DNA of 64,000 nucleotides. Origin: Polyangiales bacterium. GTDB taxonomy: Bacteria; Myxococcota_A; Polyangia; Polyangiales; Polyangiaceae. Positions 59,138-64,000 of the stretch are shown here, piece by piece. The notes beneath the pieces are model-generated. The model saw only the letters and a program-made list of their open reading frames with translations. It was not told the origin of the DNA and did no database searches. Positions within the stretch are counted from its first letter, which is position 1, and every line of letters begins with the position of its first letter. Both the position numbers and the translations under genes were made by a program. The DNA is taken from positions 13,167-77,166 of the forward strand of contig JBBRNJ010000040.1 in the NCBI GenBank assembly GCA_038230375.1. Reading direction: 5' to 3'.

Positions 59138-60406
59138 CTAGTGCGATTGCACCTCGACGACGACCTTTTCGAACGCGCGCTGCGCGAGATCCGTAGCCCG
59201 TATCCAGAAGAACATGCGGCCATTGTCGCCGAAGCCGAGCCCCAGGTTCTGATCCGAGCTCACCTGCAACAGAAGCCGCCATTCCTTCGCGGCCCGGTCA
59301 ATCTCGGCATCAGGAACGTCGACGTCCTTGCCGCGCCGGCCGTACTCGATGCGTCTCGTCATGTCGCCCTGGATGGCGTCCGGATGTCCGCCGAAGCGAT
59401 GCACGCCACCGCCCTCCGGCGGCGAGAGACAGTAGGCGCCCTGGTGCTCGTGGTAGAGCGCGGCGTAGCGCTCCCGTCCCGCTTCATCCAGGCCTAGCCC
59501 ACGTGCATCTTCGGTGCGCATGAACGGCAGCGTGAGCTCGCGAGATGCGACCAGCGGGGTCGACTGGGTCGCCTTCGACCCCCTCGCGGCTCGCGGCGCC
59601 TTCGCAGGCGTGAGGTTCGAGGTGTCCGGCGTGAAGATCACGGCCCATCCATCGCGCTCGGTCGAAACGTCCCACGGCGTTGCGTGGAAGAACGACAGCA
59701 GGCCCTTCTTGGGCATCGCGGCGCTCTCGACCACGGCCTTGATGTCCTCCAGGTTCACCTGTGCGAGGAATGTGAGGCGGCGCCCGCCGCGCGCGGGCCA
59801 CTCGAAGTCAGCGGCCACGTCGGGCGCGCCGCCCATCTTCGTCGCACCTGACCGCGGCTTGCCCTTCGCCGTGCCTGCAAGGAGGAGCACCGACGGGCGC
59901 GCGACCGCGCGAAGGCGAGCCTCGGCCGTGACGAGATCGAAGCGCGCGCAGAGCTCGTGAATCTTCGGAGCGTCGCCCATCGCAATGCGGGCGGGACGAA
60001 GAGCGTCGCGATCACGCGAGCTCGTCAGGCGCTCGAGATCTCGCTTTGCCCACGGCCGCCCCTTGGCTGCCATGGCGACGAGGATGCGCTCGCGCTCCAC
60101 CAGATCACGAAACGCCTCGTACTGCCCGAGCATGTACGAGATGTTCTGCGTGGCCGCGTCGTCGCCCATCTTCATGGCGGCGCTGTAGCAAGCGAACGCG
60201 CGCGCCAGGTCCTGCTGCGTGCCCTGGAAGTGCTTGTCGCCTTCCTTGCGATGCTCGGCGGCGGTCTTTGCGCCGCTCGTCTTCGTGGTGACGGCCTTCT
60301 TCGCAACGACCTTCTTCGTGATGGTCTGCTTCTTCGCGCCGGTCTTCGTGACGGTCTTGTTCTTCGCGACGGTCTTCATGATTTTCTTCTTCTTGCCCGC
60401 GGTCAT
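59138..60406 (-). CDS. DUF1963/YwqG-family protein with Lys-rich N-terminus
   Basis: KMGGAPD, FLAQVNL, GGHPDAIQ, LLLQV, GDNG-FFWI. Confidence 0.82.
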   Translation of the reverse strand: MTAGKKKKIMKTVAKNKTVTKTGAKKQTITKKVVAKKAVTTKTSGAKTAAEHRKEGDKHFQGTQQDLARAFACYSAAMKMGDDAATQNISYMLGQYEAFRDLVERERILVAMAAKGRPWAKRDLERLTSSRDRDALRPARIAMGDAPKIHELCARFDLVTAEARLRAVARPSVLLLAGTAKGKPRSGATKMGGAPDVAADFEWPARGGRRLTFLAQVNLEDIKAVVESAAMPKKGLLSFFHATPWDVSTERDGWAVIFTPDTSNLTPAKAPRAARGSKATQSTPLVASRELTLPFMRTEDARGLGLDEAGRERYAALYHEHQGAYCLSPPEGGGVHRFGGHPDAIQGDMTRRIEYGRRGKDVDVPDAEIDRAAKEWRLLLQVSSDQNLGLGFGDNGRMFFWIRATDLAQRAFEKVVVEVQSH

Positions 60407-62355
60407 CGCACACCCCATGGACGGCCGCCGGGCTGGCCTTCGGCGAGCGGCAGCAGATCCTGGCAGGCTTCTACGCCCAGGTCGTGCTGCTCGTCTGGAT
60501 CGATGAGGGTGTCGAAGCAGTGCCACTGTGGATCCGCCTGGTGCGCGATCAGCTTACGCGAGCCCTTGATGGCGCCCCAGTTCTTGAACGCGCAGGCCCA
60601 CAGCGTGGAGCAGTTCGTGATCTCGGTCGCGCGCTCGGGCGAACCGCCACGGAGCAGGCTCTCACCCTTGGCTTTCGCCTTGAACGGCTGCACGGAAGGG
60701 GCGTCCCACAGACCCATGAGATCCATGATGGTGGGAAAGATGTCGAGCGAGAGCAGCGGGCGATCGGCCGCCGCGACGATGTTCTTCCGCTCCTCGTCCG
60801 TGAGCGACTTCGGCGGGGCGTAGATCCACGCGGGGATCTTGATCTCCACGTCCCACATGCTGAACGTGTGCCCGCCGCCGCCGTGCTCCCACAGCTGCTC
60901 GCCGTGATCGGACACGAACACGATCACGTTGTGGTCGGCGTTCGGCAGCTCCTTCAGCGCCTTCAGCATCCGTCCGAGCGCCATGTCCTGGAGGTAGATC
61001 GAGTCCTGGTAGCGCCAGACGAGCGAGTCCCCGTCGCCGCGCTTTGCCGCCTCTGTTTCGAAGGGTGTGTGCGCGTCATCGATCTTGTACGGGAAGTGCG
61101 TGTTGGAGAAGTGGATGACGGAGAGGAACGGCTCCTTCAGCTCCTTCATGTGCGCGATCGTGTAGTCGGCGAGCCTGCCGTCGTCCGCGCCCATCTCGTA
61201 GGTGGGGTTCTCCTCGAGCTGCGTGGCGGAGACCTCGTGGGGGATCGGCGTGCCCTCGAGCCACGTGCCGGAGTTGCCGAAGAGGAGGTTCTGCGACGTG
61301 AAGTATGCGCCGTCGATGCCGGCGGCATTCGTGTACTCCCAGAGCAGCGGCGCGGAGTGCATGGCCTCGCGCGTCTCCGTGGGCGGGAGCCCGCTCCACA
61401 TCACGGACAGCGAGATCGCCGTGGTGGAGTCCATGGCGCGCATCTGGCGGAGCGGCATGCGGTCGGGCATCTCCTTGTTGGAGAAGGGCGTGTACTTGCA
61501 GTCCGGGTCGTAGCCGATGCACGCGCTGATGGAGCGCACGCTCTCGGTCACGATCATGATCACGTTCCGCTTCACCTTCGGCGTGGCGATGAGCTTTGGC
61601 ACGGGGATGGGAGCTCGCGCTCCAGGGTGCACACGCTCCACGGTCTCGTTGTGATCCCAGCGCGCGCGGGCGAGCTGTCCCATGGAGGAGAAGTACATGA
61701 CGTCGGGCAAGGTGCCCTGGTCCGCGCCGCGCTCCGGCGACAGGAACATGGAGAAGAGGAGCGCCGTGACCGCCGTGTCCCAGGCAGCGCCCACCACCAT
61801 CTTGCGAGCAGGCGCCAGCCGCTTCATGAAGAGAGGCAAGAGCAGCGCGAGCGCGATCGGCGGCAGCAGCGCCTTGCTGACGTTGGTCCGGTCGAACCAG
61901 ATCTGCTGTCCAACGCTCGGCATCATCTGCGTGCCCACGAGCACGGCGCGATGATCCAGGTACGCCTGGTACCGATCGTACGTGTAGACCTGCGCACCGA
62001 CCGCGAAGGTGGCGCCGAGGACGAGCACCACGCGCGCGAGCCAGCGTGACGGCGCGCGTCGCGATGCGGCGACGATCGCCACCGAACCCCAGAACGCGAG
62101 CGAGAGGAGGAACGACAGGATGTAGAAGGTGAGCTCGCGCTTGTCGAACGCGCGCAGGCGTGGCGTGCGGCGGCCCAGGTCGAGCCCCAGGATCGCCATC
62201 GCGGGGATGATGCACATGGCGCGTGCAATCCAGCGGCGGATGAAGAGGGCCCGGGCGCGACCGCGAAGGAGCCGCGAGGTGGCCTTGGAGGCGCGCGGAT
62301 CCGGCGGATCTCTGCGTTCTTCTGGGCTTTCGTTGGGCTCGGCTACGTTGCTCAT
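60403..62355 (-). CDS. Membrane-bound sulfatase/LTA synthase-like protein
   Basis: N-terminal TM helices; NVIMIVTES, DSTT, THFPY, SDHGE. Confidence 0.85.
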   Translation of the reverse strand: MSNVAEPNESPEERRDPPDPRASKATSRLLRGRARALFIRRWIARAMCIIPAMAILGLDLGRRTPRLRAFDKRELTFYILSFLLSLAFWGSVAIVAASRRAPSRWLARVVLVLGATFAVGAQVYTYDRYQAYLDHRAVLVGTQMMPSVGQQIWFDRTNVSKALLPPIALALLLPLFMKRLAPARKMVVGAAWDTAVTALLFSMFLSPERGADQGTLPDVMYFSSMGQLARARWDHNETVERVHPGARAPIPVPKLIATPKVKRNVIMIVTESVRSISACIGYDPDCKYTPFSNKEMPDRMPLRQMRAMDSTTAISLSVMWSGLPPTETREAMHSAPLLWEYTNAAGIDGAYFTSQNLLFGNSGTWLEGTPIPHEVSATQLEENPTYEMGADDGRLADYTIAHMKELKEPFLSVIHFSNTHFPYKIDDAHTPFETEAAKRGDGDSLVWRYQDSIYLQDMALGRMLKALKELPNADHNVIVFVSDHGEQLWEHGGGGHTFSMWDVEIKIPAWIYAPPKSLTDEERKNIVAAADRPLLSLDIFPTIMDLMGLWDAPSVQPFKAKAKGESLLRGGSPERATEITNCSTLWACAFKNWGAIKGSRKLIAHQADPQWHCFDTLIDPDEQHDLGVEACQDLLPLAEGQPGGRPWGVR

Positions 62356-62426
62356 CCGCGCGAGAGCCCCTTATAGTCAACTGGAGCGTTCCTGCCACTC
62401 ACCGCTCCAGATGGTTTAAGGTTGCA

Positions 62427-62456
62427 TCCATACGTATAAAGGAATATACGTATGGA
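62427..62456. promoter_or_regulatory. Perfect 12-6-12 inverted repeat, candidate SahR operator
   Basis: TCCATACGTATA-AAGGAA-TATACGTATGGA ending 3 nt before the sahR ATG. Confidence 0.75.
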
Positions 62457-62459
62457 GCG

Positions 62460-63479
62460 ATGGAAACGCCGAGCCGAGAGAGCCTGCCCGCGAGCCCGCG
62501 CTGGGAGCTGTACAGGCTCCTGGGCGAGCCGGTGCGTCTGCGCCTCCTCGCGCTGGTCGCGGAGGACGAGCTGACCGTGGGCGAGCTGTCGGAGCTGCTA
62601 GGCGAGAGCCAGCCGAACGCGTCGCGGCATGCAGCGCAGCTGAAGCAAGCGGGGCTCATCGCCATGCGGAAGCAGGGCACGCGCGCGCTCGTGTCGCTCT
62701 CGGATGGCGCGGCCAAGGACGCCGTGGTGAAGGACGCGCTCACGAGCGGGCAAGCCCTCTGCGCGGCCGACGGCAGCCTGCGGCGTGTGGCAGAGATCGT
62801 GGCGCAGCGCGAGGCCACGGGGCGCGAGTTCTTCGCCAGGCCGAAGGGCGGGGCAGGGGAGCTCTCGCCTTCGGAGCTCCTGCCGTACGTTGCCGCGTTC
62901 GCCGCGCTCCTTCCAGATCGTGACGTGGCGATCGATGTGGGTACGGGCGATGGGCTGCTGCTCGACGTCCTCGCGCCTGCGTACAAGAAGGTGATCGCGA
63001 TCGATCAGTCTGCGGCGCAGCTGGACCGCGCGCGGGCGCGTGCAGAGTCGCGGCGCTTCGCGAACGTGGACTTCGTGCTCGGCAGCATCGACGACGACGC
63101 CACGGCCCACAAGCTGACCGGACGCGCGGATCTCGTGTTCGCGTCTCGCGTGCTTCATCACGCGGCGCGACCCGCGGAGCTGGTGAAGCGCCTCGCACGG
63201 TTGTGTCGCGCGCCGGCAGGCGGCAGCGGTGCCCATGCGACGGACGGCGGCGCGCTCGTCATCGTCGACTACGCGCACCACGAGGACGAGAGCATGCGCG
63301 AGCAGGCCGACGTGTGGCTCGGCTTCGAGCCGCGCGAGCTCATGAAGTTCGCGCGCGACGCAGGCCTCGCATCGCCGCGCGTGGTGTCGCTCCCGCAGCC
63401 TTCGCGCGGGCCGGATGCCCATCTCGGCTGGCAGGCGCTCGTAGGCCGCCTTTCACATCAAAGCTCCCACAAGAAGTAA
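62460..63479 (+). CDS. sahR: ArsR-HTH plus SAM-methyltransferase-fold regulator (SahR-like)
   Basis: LTVGEL...[18 protein letters not shown]; directly upstream of ahcY. Confidence 0.85.
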   Translation: METPSRESLPASPRWELYRLLGEPVRLRLLALVAEDELTVGELSELLGESQPNASRHAAQLKQAGLIAMRKQGTRALVSLSDGAAKDAVVKDALTSGQALCAADGSLRRVAEIVAQREATGREFFARPKGGAGELSPSELLPYVAAFAALLPDRDVAIDVGTGDGLLLDVLAPAYKKVIAIDQSAAQLDRARARAESRRFANVDFVLGSIDDDATAHKLTGRADLVFASRVLHHAARPAELVKRLARLCRAPAGGSGAHATDGGALVIVDYAHHEDESMREQADVWLGFEPRELMKFARDAGLASPRVVSLPQPSRGPDAHLGWQALVGRLSHQSSHKK

Positions 63480-63499
63480 ACCCGAAAGAGAAGGACACC

Positions 63500-64000
63500 A
63501 TGGCTGACAACTTCAAGGTCAAAGACATCACGCTCGCGAGCTGGGGCCGCAAAGAGATCAACATCGCCGAGAGCGAGATGCCCGGCCTCATGGCGCTCCG
63601 CGCCGAGTTCGGCGCGTCGAAGCCGCTCAAGGGCGCGCGCATCGCGGGCTGCCTCCACATGACGATCCAGACCGCGGTCCTGATCGAGACCCTCACGGCG
63701 CTCGGCGCCGAGGTCACGTGGACCTCGTGCAACATCTTCAGCACGCAGGACCACGCGGCCGCTGCCATCGCGGTCACGGGCGTCCCCGTCTTCGCCTGGA
63801 AGGGCGAGACCGAGGCCGAGTACGACGCCTGCATCGAGATGCAGCTCAAGGCGTTCGCGGGCGGCAAGGGTCCGAACATGATCCTGGACGACGGCGGCGA
63901 TCTCACGGTCATCGCGCACAACAAGCACCCGGAGCTGTTCGACGGCCCCGAGGGCATCAAGGGCATCAGCGAGGAGACCACCACGGGCGTGCACCGTCTC
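63500..64000 (+). CDS. ahcY: Adenosylhomocysteinase (partial, runs off the window)
   Basis: [45 protein letters not shown]. Confidence 0.97.
   Translation, partial: MADNFKVKDITLASWGRKEINIAESEMPGLMALRAEFGASKPLKGARIAGCLHMTIQTAVLIETLTALGAEVTWTSCNIFSTQDHAAAAIAVTGVPVFAWKGETEAEYDACIEMQLKAFAGGKGPNMILDDGGDLTVIAHNKHPELFDGPEGIKGISEETTTGVHRL

Noticed and set aside
63480..63499. SAH/SAM riboswitch before ahcY
   Set aside because: Only 20 nt intergenic; SahR explains the regulation
1..64000. tRNA, rRNA, prophage, integrase or transposase
   Set aside because: No supporting motifs found by eye

Overview
GC-rich bacterial chromosome segment. The gene content suggests Myxococcota, probably Polyangiales (inference): many Cys-rich lipoproteins, a TonB-fused TonB-dependent receptor, a giant TPR protein and an atypical Hsp70. 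Housekeeping genes are thrC, proA, rsfS, tatBC, rlmN-like, prsW-like, acyl-CoA dehydrogenase, ccmC/ccmD-like, fmt, serC and sahR-ahcY, interspersed with envelope and lipoprotein genes. I found no rRNA, tRNA, CRISPR array, integrase or transposase. Main observations: (1) an unannotated ~60-nt candidate sigma54-driven hairpin RNA with a C8 loop at 33375-33433 (-); (2) a ~1064-codon Hsp70 with a ~530-aa low-complexity insert, cut by one in-frame TAG and followed by a J-domain gene; (3) a TBDR-lipoprotein-diadenylate cyclase operon; (4) a sigma54 operon of two propeller-like lipoproteins and an outer-membrane barrel; (5) a pair of ~1180-aa lipoproteins, the second a metzincin split by a 1-nt deletion; (6) a multi-hairpin REP-like element plus tandem repeat at the 3' end of fmt; (7) a PAS kinase with a degenerate ATP-binding domain; (8) a perfect 12-6-12 inverted-repeat operator before sahR. 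Product calls come from motif reading only, with no database searches. Many start codons were re-picked by hand.
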